In this document: in pieces, positions 55,137 through 63,008 of the stretch | How positions within the stretch are numbered: position 1 is the first letter of the stretch | Layout of the letters: every line of letters starts with the position of its first letter | DNA from: an uncultured Candidatus Peribacteria bacterium | GTDB taxonomy: Bacteria > Patescibacteriota > Gracilibacteria > UBA4473 | Assembly (NCBI GenBank): GCA_964343715.1 | Contig: CAYFJZ010000005.1 | Location: 8,220 to 72,219 of the forward strand | Length of the DNA: 64,000 nucleotides | Direction: 5' to 3' | Made by a program: the position numbers and the translations under genes | Notes under the pieces: model-generated | The model's input: only the letters and a program-made list of their open reading frames with translations | Told to the model about the DNA's origin: nothing | Database searches by the model: none

Positions 55137-55488
55137 ACTTTTTTCTGGCAGTCTTTATAGAAGCACACAATATTCTCTGAAGCTCATCACAGTCTTTCCA
55201 CAAAGATTGGCTCAAAGGTTCTTCAATATAATCTGTTGCGCTTAACAACTTTATCCAATACCCAGTCTCTCGAGCTTCTTTATAAGCGATCGAAAGCTTT
55301 GAAGAAAATTCAGCACTTGAAATCGCTCCATTCGCCTCTTCAATATTTGCCCCAATCGAAGTTCCACTTCTCAATATTTGTTTTGATAAAATATATTCCC
55401 TCTTACTTTGAGAAAGGACTTTGTAAAGATCTACAATTCGAACCGCAAACAAAAAAGACTTATCCAACAAAACACTTTTCTTAATCAT
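55135..55488 (-). CDS. four-helix-bundle protein (23S rRNA IVS protein / Avd-like family)
   Basis: ...LRSGTSIGANIEEANGAISSAEFSSKLSIAYKEARETGYWIKLL is the family signature. Confidence 0.8.
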   Translation of the reverse strand: MIKKSVLLDKSFLFAVRIVDLYKVLSQSKREYILSKQILRSGTSIGANIEEANGAISSAEFSSKLSIAYKEARETGYWIKLLSATDYIEEPLSQSLWKDCDELQRILCASIKTARKK

Positions 55489-55520
55489 TTTGTAAAAATT
55501 TAAGAAATATCCCCCAAATC

Positions 55521-55552
55521 AATACTCTTTACTCTTTGTTCTTTGTTCTCAA
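55521..55552 (+). repeat. pyrimidine-type heptamer array; right inverted repeat around the four-helix-bundle gene / 3' of miaA
   Basis: aatactctttactctttgttctttgttctcaa. Its reverse complement, ttgagaacaaagaacaaagagtaaagagtatt, parallels 55104-55136. Confidence 0.7.
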
Positions 55553-56296
55553 CTAATTCAAAGAAATCCACCGAACATCACTTCTCCCCCTCCACCAGGT
55601 CAATTGTCGCTTGGCATAATTCCGATTTCTCTGTTGATTCAAATTCAGAGCTTCTTCATAGCTTAAATCCCCTTTTAGATAGGATTCAATTTCTTGGTAA
55701 CCAAAACTCGTAAAAGCAGATTGAGTAATATTTTTATACAAAGAAAGAACCTGTTTCGTTTCTTCAATCAATCCCGACTCAAATTGCTGACAAGCTCGTT
55801 TATTTATTCGTTCATATAGCTTTTCTCGATCCCATTCGAGTCCCCATTTGAGAACTGGAAAACGAGGTGGTAATTTCTGAGTCGACTTGGTTCCCTTTTC
55901 AGAAAAAACATAATTCTCACTCACCGCATCCAACCACAGCATCGTCCCTCCACACAGCATTGCTACTTTTTCTCGAGACTGAATATCTTCGATCTTTTCA
56001 AAGGCATACTGCTGAAATTGAAAAACATTGAAATCCTCCTCTGGGCTCACTAAATCGATCCCATGATGTGGCACCCCCTGCATTTCATCCTCGGTAATTT
56101 TCGCCGCCGAAACATCCACCCCCCGATACACCTGCCGTGAATCCACCGAAATAATCTCACTATTCCCCAAAGTCAGAGCCAAACGCACCGAAAAGTCAGT
56201 TTTCCCACTCGCAGTAGGCCCCAAAACTTCCACCACCCCATTGGGATGAGAGGCTAGAAAGTCCTTCGTTTCTTGCAGTACTAATTCAAATTTCAT
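55553..56296 (-). CDS. miaA: tRNA dimethylallyltransferase
   Basis: P-loop GPTASGKT, IISVDSRQVYRGVDVSAAKIT...PHHGIDL. Relatively short (247 aa). Confidence 0.8.
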   Translation of the reverse strand: MKFELVLQETKDFLASHPNGVVEVLGPTASGKTDFSVRLALTLGNSEIISVDSRQVYRGVDVSAAKITEDEMQGVPHHGIDLVSPEEDFNVFQFQQYAFEKIEDIQSREKVAMLCGGTMLWLDAVSENYVFSEKGTKSTQKLPPRFPVLKWGLEWDREKLYERINKRACQQFESGLIEETKQVLSLYKNITQSAFTSFGYQEIESYLKGDLSYEEALNLNQQRNRNYAKRQLTWWRGRSDVRWISLN

Positions 56297-56310
56297 CAAA
56301 AAAACAGACT

Positions 56311-56730
56311 CTAAGAAGTCACCGAATGATGAGCACGAACATGCTGATCTATCTGATACTCAATCTCCCCTCTCCATTCCGATCTCATTCCATAAATCTG
56401 CCCCAAAATTAATTTTTGAGTTTCTTTCAGATCCAAAAGATCATCTCTCACCTGCTGATTATGATCAATCTGTTGATGAACAAAATGCTCCAAAAAATCC
56501 AACCTCGCTCGCGTATTTCGAGACTCCTCATTGAGCCCTCCTACATCTCTTTCCAGTCCCAAAAAACCTGTTTTTAATCCCGAAACATCTTCTTTTAGAA
56601 CTGAAACATCACCTTTCAGTTCCAAAACGTCTTCCTTCAAAACCGATACATCCTCCTTCAGAAAAGAAACATCAGTCGAAAGAGTGTCTAGTTTTTGCAG
56701 GACCAATAACTGAAATTCCTGAGTATTCAT
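56311..56730 (-). CDS. coiled-coil hypothetical protein with 7-aa (21-nt) repeats
   Basis: From the ATG at 56730: MNTQEFQLL.... Repeats read DVSFLKE DVSVLKE DVLELKG DVSVLKE DVSGLKT. Confidence 0.55.
   Translation of the reverse strand: MNTQEFQLLVLQKLDTLSTDVSFLKEDVSVLKEDVLELKGDVSVLKEDVSGLKTGFLGLERDVGGLNEESRNTRARLDFLEHFVHQQIDHNQQVRDDLLDLKETQKLILGQIYGMRSEWRGEIEYQIDQHVRAHHSVTS
56533..56676 (-). repeat. in-frame 21-nt tandem repeat (about 7 units)
   Basis: Encodes (DVSxLKE)n within 56311-56730. Confidence 0.75.
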
Positions 56731-56966
56731 GACCAAAAACCTAACTTCACTTTTCTGGAGAGTCAAAAAATTATTTTCAATTTCTTCATACTAATTTAAG
56801 GTTAGCGAATAAACACAATCTACAAAAGAGATAACACGATTAGTACAAAGTCAGAAAAAAGATTTACAAAACAAAAAACAGTACTAATTAATTAAAATCA
56901 CCAATTGATTTAATTTCCTCAATAAGTAGCTTCAACAAAGCCTAAAATTGTTCTCACCAAATATCA

Positions 56967-57040
56967 GACCTCATAGTTTAATGGAAAAACAACTCCCTCC
57001 TAAGGAGTAGATCCTGGTTCGATCCCAGGTGGGGTCACCA
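56967..57040 (+). tRNA. tRNA-Arg (anticodon CCT), CCA encoded
   Basis: gacctcatagtttaatggaaaaacaactccctcctaaggagtagatcctggttcgatcccaggtggggtcacca, with anticodon loop ctcctaa. Confidence 0.85.
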
Positions 57041-57215
57041 CATCGTCAGCGACTACGGATATTCCGTTGTTTTTTCGCTGCACTTCAAAAAAACTCCAGC
57101 TACTTCATCATCTCTCCTGTCCCGGCAAAGCATAACGATCTTTTCAACATGCAAAGCCAGATCCTCTCCCCAAAAATCCTTCATTTCATTCTGGATTCCC
57201 GGGGGCTCCATTATT
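57041..57215 (-). repeat. degenerate copy (E4) of the tRNA-leader element, antisense and abutting the 3' end of tRNA-Arg
   Basis: It shares the blocks cgtc.gcgactacggatattccg, aaaaactcc and ctctccccaaaaatcc.tcatttcattc.gg with E1-E3. It carries a roughly 50-nt insertion and has lost the outer-stem complementarity. Confidence 0.45.
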
Positions 57216-57229
57216 TAGCTATAAAATAA

Positions 57230-57520
57230 CTACTGCCACCGAGACTGACGTCTGTGACGATCACTATTCTTAGAAGGCACTGGGGCCATTAGCCTTCGAA
57301 ATCGAGCCTGGGAAATCTTTTTTTTCCAGCCACTCCCTTCCTGAATCGCCAACAAAGCAAACTCAGAAAAAGCCAGATGATAAGTTTCAATACCCAAAGC
57401 AGTCGAAGCGTCGTAATCATGGGTTTCCCGCCATAATTTTAAATCAGCATTCATAGCAATATTATGGGCTGCTATTTCTGCATGAATATGTGAATCTTTG
57501 GGAACGTGATGAAGGGGCAT
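57230..57520 (-). CDS. hypothetical protein
   Basis: I prefer the ATG at 57520 (MPLHHVPKDSHIHAE...). Basic C-terminus, no motif recognised. Confidence 0.45.
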   Translation of the reverse strand: MPLHHVPKDSHIHAEIAAHNIAMNADLKLWRETHDYDASTALGIETYHLAFSEFALLAIQEGSGWKKKISQARFRRLMAPVPSKNSDRHRRQSRWQ

Positions 57521-57648
57521 GGAATAAAAAATCAATTAATACAATGGGAAACATAATCAAATCAGGCAATTTGTCAATGTTTTTGATCTAATTTTGTATA
57601 CAAAAATTACATTTTTCCCTCAAAATATGGTAAAATACACACGTAACC

Positions 57649-58575
57649 ATGAATAAAAAAAGCATCAAAATCCGATCTGTGGCCATTTACTGCCACCACA
57701 AGCCGGAAAAAGAAAAGGAAGAAACCGTCTTTATACGGGATTTGTTGCGATTTTTACACAAAAACAAAGTACGACATATCCACGGAGATGTTCGAACGGT
57801 TTCCATGCTCAAAAACACCATCCCCCTGATCAACGACGAGAGCAAATACGACCTCAAAATAGGAATTGGCGGCGACGGAACCATTCTCAAAATGATCCGA
57901 ACGCTGAGAAAAAACGACGGGCTGATTCTGGGGATCAACTTTGGAACCCTGGGATTTTTGTCTGAATTCCATCCCGACAACGCACTGGAAAAACTGAAAC
58001 ATGTTTTCAGAGGAGAATTTCACATCGACGAACGGATGCTGTTGAAATCATTTGTCTATCGTAAAAATCGGAACGGAAAAAAAGAAAAAATATTCCGAGC
58101 CTACGGCCTCAACGAAATCGTCTTCGGTCACGGCGGAATTGCTCGACTCACCAACTTTCACGTCAAAGTAAACAGACGTTTTCTCTCGACCTACCGATCC
58201 GACGGACTGATCTTCTCTACCCCGACCGGATCAACCGCCTACTCACTCTCTGCCGGAGGCCCTATTGTTTCCCCAAATCTACACACCATTCTTCTCACTC
58301 CCGTTTCCCCACACACTCTCACTCACCGCCCCATCCTGCTGCCCGACGACAAAATTATCCATATCACCTTCGACGCACGAGTCGATTCGATCTCTATGAC
58401 TACCGACGGTCAAATCCACTTTTCGATCAAACCCACCGACGAAATATCTCTCCAACGAGCCACCCGAACGGCTCGTTTTATTCGACTCAAAAAATCCCAC
58501 TTCGGTCGGACCCTGCGAAACAAAATGGGCTGGGGAGAACACCACAATGGGGTAAACAAAAGAGGTAAGAGATAG
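57649..58575 (+). CDS. nadK: NAD(+) kinase
   Basis: GGDGTILKMIR, NEIVFGHG and STPTGSTAYSLSAGGPIV motifs. Confidence 0.9.
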   Translation: MNKKSIKIRSVAIYCHHKPEKEKEETVFIRDLLRFLHKNKVRHIHGDVRTVSMLKNTIPLINDESKYDLKIGIGGDGTILKMIRTLRKNDGLILGINFGTLGFLSEFHPDNALEKLKHVFRGEFHIDERMLLKSFVYRKNRNGKKEKIFRAYGLNEIVFGHGGIARLTNFHVKVNRRFLSTYRSDGLIFSTPTGSTAYSLSAGGPIVSPNLHTILLTPVSPHTLTHRPILLPDDKIIHITFDARVDSISMTTDGQIHFSIKPTDEISLQRATRTARFIRLKKSHFGRTLRNKMGWGEHHNGVNKRGKR

Positions 58576-58602
58576 GAGTTGTCAGTAACCAAAGTTCTCA
58601 CA

Positions 58603-59712
58603 CTACCCAACTACAGATTGATAAAACTCCTCAGCAAACCGATCCGTCATTCCCGCAATATAATCACAAACCCGCTGTTCCGGAGCTTCTTCGGGAAAAA
58701 AATCCTCTGGGATCTTGTGGGGATGATCGATTAAATACTCAAAAATATCCGCCACCATTTTTTCGCCCTTATCCGTCACCACTACAACGGGGGGAGCTGA
58801 ATAATATCGATCTATCAAAAAATTCTTCAGCTCCTTAAACTTTGGATAAAAATTCTTCGAAAAATAAACCATTCGTTTCTTTGACTTCTGAACATCTTCC
58901 AGAGACTGAATACAATATTTATTCAGATTTTTTGTGGTATCCAACACTACCTGAGAAAACAAACGACGGACAATAGCCCGAGTAATTGAGGGTCGATGGT
59001 CTTTCCGGTCTTGCGGCAACTGCCGAAGTACTTCTTCACACAGCATAATCGAAGACAAATCATCATAAGTAAAAAATTCTCCCCGAAGCCCATCTTCTAA
59101 ATCCGCCGAAAGATAAGCCACCTCATCGGCCACATCGACCAACTGCGATTCTAAATGAGGCGAAAAAACAGACGGTCCATCCGCTCGATCAAAAAAAGTC
59201 TCGTGTTTTTGGATTCCTTCTAATACTTCAAGCGAAAGATTGAGTCCAGGAAAATCACGATATCGGTTTTCAAAAAGAGTCACGACCCGAAGACTCTGCT
59301 TGTTATGATCAAATTCTTTGTTCATGTTTTTCATGGCTTTATCCAGCGCCCGCTCACCCGAATGGCCAAAAGGAGGGTGTCCCAAGTCATGCGCCAAAGC
59401 CACGGTCTCTGCTAAATCTTCGTTGAGCCTCAATTCCCGAGCCAAGTCCCGAGCAATCTGAGCCACTTCCAAAGTATGCGTAAGCCGATTTCGATAATGA
59501 TCCCCCCCCAAAGGCGAAACCACCTGCATCTTCCCATTCAACCGCCGAAAAGCCGTCGTATGAAGAATTCGATCCCGATCACGTTGAAACGGGAGTCGAT
59601 CAGGATCCGCTACATGCGAATGAGCCCGCCCCCGAGAAGCTGCATTTTTTTGGGCATAAGGGGCCAAGTAGGCATCAAAAGCCGTAGCCAGATTTTTTCC
59701 GTCGAGCACCAT
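58603..59712 (-). CDS. dGTP triphosphohydrolase-like HD-domain protein
   Basis: From the ATG at 59712: FQRDRDRILHTTAFRRLNGKMQV, NRLTHTLEVAQIARDLA, LAHDLGHPPFGH. The longer ORF to 59805 runs into a repeat element. Confidence 0.85.
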   Translation of the reverse strand: MVLDGKNLATAFDAYLAPYAQKNAASRGRAHSHVADPDRLPFQRDRDRILHTTAFRRLNGKMQVVSPLGGDHYRNRLTHTLEVAQIARDLARELRLNEDLAETVALAHDLGHPPFGHSGERALDKAMKNMNKEFDHNKQSLRVVTLFENRYRDFPGLNLSLEVLEGIQKHETFFDRADGPSVFSPHLESQLVDVADEVAYLSADLEDGLRGEFFTYDDLSSIMLCEEVLRQLPQDRKDHRPSITRAIVRRLFSQVVLDTTKNLNKYCIQSLEDVQKSKKRMVYFSKNFYPKFKELKNFLIDRYYSAPPVVVVTDKGEKMVADIFEYLIDHPHKIPEDFFPEEAPEQRVCDYIAGMTDRFAEEFYQSVVG

Positions 59713-59733
59713 TAAAAATATTATTATGAACCT

Positions 59734-59808
59734 GTCATTCCGAGTGTAATGACATTTCGAAGCCCTCAAACAAAAAACGAGGAATCCTCGAAATATTAAA
59801 GGCAAAAA
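59734..59808. mobile_element. partial copy (left end only) of the GTCATCCCGA MITE-like family
   Basis: gtcattccgagtgtaatgac...aaaaacgaggaatcctcgaaatattaaagg matches the left part of 41908-42092. I found no right inverted repeat. Confidence 0.45.
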
Positions 59809-59993
59809 AAGAAAGACTTATCTTTTACTATTTTTCCCAGAATTCATCTCCCTATTAGACATAAAAGAAGATCTCTTCCACTCTCGCTCATTAATTACAA
59901 AAGAATGCCACCTTCAGCCTAAGCTATATAGCTTATACTAACTTGCACCATTAATTGACAAAAAAAACAAAACCAATAAAAAAATAAAGTTCT

Positions 59994-60497
59994 TTGAAAA
60001 AATCAATATTTCTCTGTGCCCCTTTGGGTTTGATGCAATACTCAAATCATGATTTCAACCCGGATTATGAGCCATCGTTCAAATCCAAAGTTCACACAGA
60101 GAAGGACAACACAATGTATACGATTAAAAGAGGAGAAGCCAAAACATTCTCAATGTCCCCTCAAAACAATAACTCTCCCACCTTTCCGCCCAAAGACAAC
60201 ACTGTAAAAATCTCTATCGATCTATCAATTACCCTCACGGCAACATCAAATCCAACATCATCAGATATTACCCTTGAGTTCAAAGAAGGAGAAGAAATTA
60301 TCTATCGCAGCCGTATTCACAAAGGGTATACAGAAGAAAGACACATCAGAGAACTCCATGGCCGCAGGCTCAAAGCCTGCAAGATTCCCCCAAAACCAAT
60401 GGATACAGCAAGCTTCCACGAGGAATTAATTATTCAAGTAAGCCTCATAGATGAACATAGTTTATCTATTATCGGAATCTCCGTATTTAATAGATAA
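59994..60497 (+). CDS. hypothetical protein
   Basis: 167-aa ORF with a TTG start (internal ATGs are possible). No motif recognised. A hairpin ggagcagg...cctgctcc lies at 60531-60557 downstream. Confidence 0.45.
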   Translation: MKKSIFLCAPLGLMQYSNHDFNPDYEPSFKSKVHTEKDNTMYTIKRGEAKTFSMSPQNNNSPTFPPKDNTVKISIDLSITLTATSNPTSSDITLEFKEGEEIIYRSRIHKGYTEERHIRELHGRRLKACKIPPKPMDTASFHEELIIQVSLIDEHSLSIIGISVFNR

Positions 60498-60674
60498 CAA
60501 TCCCCGTCCTTCTCTTCATATCAACAATCGGAGCAGGGTGTAAAAAATCCTGCTCCAAAATAATTTAGAATCTCGCAACTTTCAAATTCAACACCTCCCG
60601 TCTCCAAAAAACAAGCTTCAAGAACATTTCAAAATTAATGCCCTCTCACTCCTTGCTCACAAATTCATAAGTTA

Positions 60675-60712
60675 AAACTCTCCACTCTATACTCTCTACT
60701 CTTCACTCTCAC
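60675..60712 (+). repeat. heptamer array 3' of mraY (purine-type in mRNA sense)
   Basis: aaactct ccactct atactct ctactct tcactct cac on the plus strand. Confidence 0.65.
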
Positions 60713-61788
60713 AAGATCCCCTGATCCCCCATCCCCAACAACCCCACCAAAAGACCAACCACTCCACAGCCCATCCCCAAAATCCAAAACCGCATCACAA
60801 TCTGGGTTTCACTCCAGCCCTTAGCCTCAAAATGATGATGGATCGGCGCGATCAAAAACAGCTTTCGACCAAAGTGCTTCTTCCAGAAAAGCTGTAAAAT
60901 CACCGAAACCGTTTCCAGCACAAAAAGCGCGCCCACAATCGCCAACACAAAAATGGAATTGGTCAGCATCGCAATAACGCCCAAAGTCGACCCCAACGCC
61001 AAAGACCCCGTATCTCCCATGTAAATCCTGGCGGGCGGAATATTAAACCACAAAAACGCCAACAATGCCCCCACCACAATCATACAAAAAGCCGCCAATA
61101 TCGGGAGTCCGTAAAAATACGAAATCACCGCAAAAACCGTATACGCTACACTCAATAGCCCCCCCGCCAATCCATCCAGCCCATCGGTCAAATTTACCGA
61201 ATTAGCCGACCCCACCAGCACAAATATAAAGAGTGGAAAATACCAATATCCAATATCAAAATCTCCCACCCCGGGAATGTGAATAATCGACCACTGCAGT
61301 TTAAACGAAAACCACATCGCTCCTATCACCGCAAAAAGTACCAAACTCCAAAATTTCACCTTGGCCGACAACCCTTTTTGTTTGGAGTTTTCCTGAATAT
61401 TCAAGAAATCATCAATCAACCCCAACACTCCCACCGCCGCCAGGGTGATAATGGGCAAATAGGTCTCTCCGCGGTTCAAAATCGAGTAATCAATCCACCC
61501 CATATAATTGGCCCACCACGATCCCATCACCGTCATCAAGATCGAAATGATTACCACGGCCCCTCCCATGGTCGGTGTCCCCGCTTTGTGAGAATGCAGT
61601 TTTTTAAACAACTTCGCCACTCCTCCGCTCAGCCCGTCTTCTCGGATCTTTTGTGTCAGTTTAAAGGCCTGAACTAAACGAATGAAGAAAGGAAAAACCA
61701 CACAGGCAAAAACAAAAGCAAAAACGGTAAAACAAAAAATTTCAATCAGGTTGGTCACGTGAATCGAATCGAGAATAGAGGAATCCAT
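60709..61788 (-). CDS. mraY: phospho-N-acetylmuramoyl-pentapeptide-transferase
   Basis: HKAGTPTMGG, DDFLNI, NSVNLTDGLDGLAGG, MGDTGSLALG and APIHHHFE motifs. Confidence 0.95.
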   Translation of the reverse strand: MDSSILDSIHVTNLIEIFCFTVFAFVFACVVFPFFIRLVQAFKLTQKIREDGLSGGVAKLFKKLHSHKAGTPTMGGAVVIISILMTVMGSWWANYMGWIDYSILNRGETYLPIITLAAVGVLGLIDDFLNIQENSKQKGLSAKVKFWSLVLFAVIGAMWFSFKLQWSIIHIPGVGDFDIGYWYFPLFIFVLVGSANSVNLTDGLDGLAGGLLSVAYTVFAVISYFYGLPILAAFCMIVVGALLAFLWFNIPPARIYMGDTGSLALGSTLGVIAMLTNSIFVLAIVGALFVLETVSVILQLFWKKHFGRKLFLIAPIHHHFEAKGWSETQIVMRFWILGMGCGVVGLLVGLLGMGDQGIL

Positions 61789-61809
61789 GAAGGAGGTTTA
61801 AATGACTGT

Positions 61810-61850
61810 GGGAGTATAGAGCATTAAGTATGGAGTATTAAGTATTAAAG
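61810..61850 (+). repeat. heptamer array 5' of mraY (pyrimidine-type in mRNA sense)
   Basis: gggagtatagagcattaagtatggagtattaagtattaaag. It contains gagtatagag, which is complementary to ctctatactc in 60675-60712. Confidence 0.6.
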
Positions 61851-61967
61851 TCCAAAAACTAAAAAAGCTCCTCCCATTATTATTAATTGTTAACTTTTAA
61901 TTCCCTCCACTCCTTACTCACAAGTTCAAAAGATAAAAAGTTAAATAACTCTTCACTCTCTACTAAT

Positions 61968-62897
61968 CTAAACCCCTTCCCCCAAATACGTCACCCAGAT
62001 AATCGTCTTCACCAAGATGTAAGAAAAGACAATCAAAGCCAACCCCAAGACTCCATAGACCATCCCATTTTTGGCTCGGGTCAACCGCTCGGTATCTCCT
62101 GCCGTCGTAGCCATATTGACTCCATTAAAAACCACAAAAAACACCGCCACCACCCCCGTAATGCCCACAATAATATCAATCGCCTTCTGAATCACAATCG
62201 TCACATCGCCTGCTTCTCCTTTCTTATCATCTTTGTCCCTACCAGGCATATATATGGGTTTCTTAGCCGCATTTTTTTTCATCGCATCACTCAAAGAATA
62301 AGGGCCCGTTGGCAGAGGCTCTTCTTCAGCCGCTTCTTCTCCTCCAGGAGTAGTAGATTCCGAATCCATTCCTCCATCAGTACCGCCATCGCCGCTCCCC
62401 CCCATATCCCCCGTCGAACTTTCTTCCGACATCCCCGCTCCCCCTCCACCACTTCGTCCACGGCCTCTGGACTTCTTCGGCCCACCTCCAAACAAATGTC
62501 TTACCGAATACCCCACCGACTTGGTCTCCTCATCAACTTCAGAAACCTTAATCTCAATATCTGGTTTTCCATGCCCATCAATATTAACTTCTTTAGAAGA
62601 GCCCTTATCAATTGAATGCTTGTCCCCATTAACGATAAAAACGGCGCCATCTGCAGTTACCGAATCTACAGAAATTGAACACGAAACAGGGCAATTTGGA
62701 GTAGCCGCTGAAGCGCCCCCCCCAGAAGTAGTCGAAGCCGCCTCGGGCGCTGGATTTTCAGCCGCCGTTGGCTCCGCAGGAGGATCATCCGCGGCCCATA
62801 TCTCCCCAAACAAAAAACCGCCTCCCACCAATACACCCAATCCCCAAAAACCAAGACGAGGAAGAAAAAGCGTTTTATTTTGGGGCCCCAACTTCAT
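61968..62897 (-). CDS. secreted Gly/Ser-rich protein ending in a VirB2/TrbC-like pilin module
   Basis: From the ATG at 62897: signal/TM LGFWGLGVLVGGGFLFG. The C-terminal hairpin reads VGITGVVAVFFVVFNGVNMATTAGDTERLTRAKNGMVYGVLGLALIVFSYIL. Confidence 0.6.
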   Translation of the reverse strand: MKLGPQNKTLFLPRLGFWGLGVLVGGGFLFGEIWAADDPPAEPTAAENPAPEAASTTSGGGASAATPNCPVSCSISVDSVTADGAVFIVNGDKHSIDKGSSKEVNIDGHGKPDIEIKVSEVDEETKSVGYSVRHLFGGGPKKSRGRGRSGGGGAGMSEESSTGDMGGSGDGGTDGGMDSESTTPGGEEAAEEEPLPTGPYSLSDAMKKNAAKKPIYMPGRDKDDKKGEAGDVTIVIQKAIDIIVGITGVVAVFFVVFNGVNMATTAGDTERLTRAKNGMVYGVLGLALIVFSYILVKTIIWVTYLGEGV

Positions 62898-63008
62898 TTT
62901 TTCGTATTTCTTTAGTAACCGAAGAATACCTTTCTCCACCAAAAAAGAAAGCCTCCCCCCACCTCTTAGTTCTTTATTCTTAATTCCCATTCATCTACCA
63001 TAAAATTA

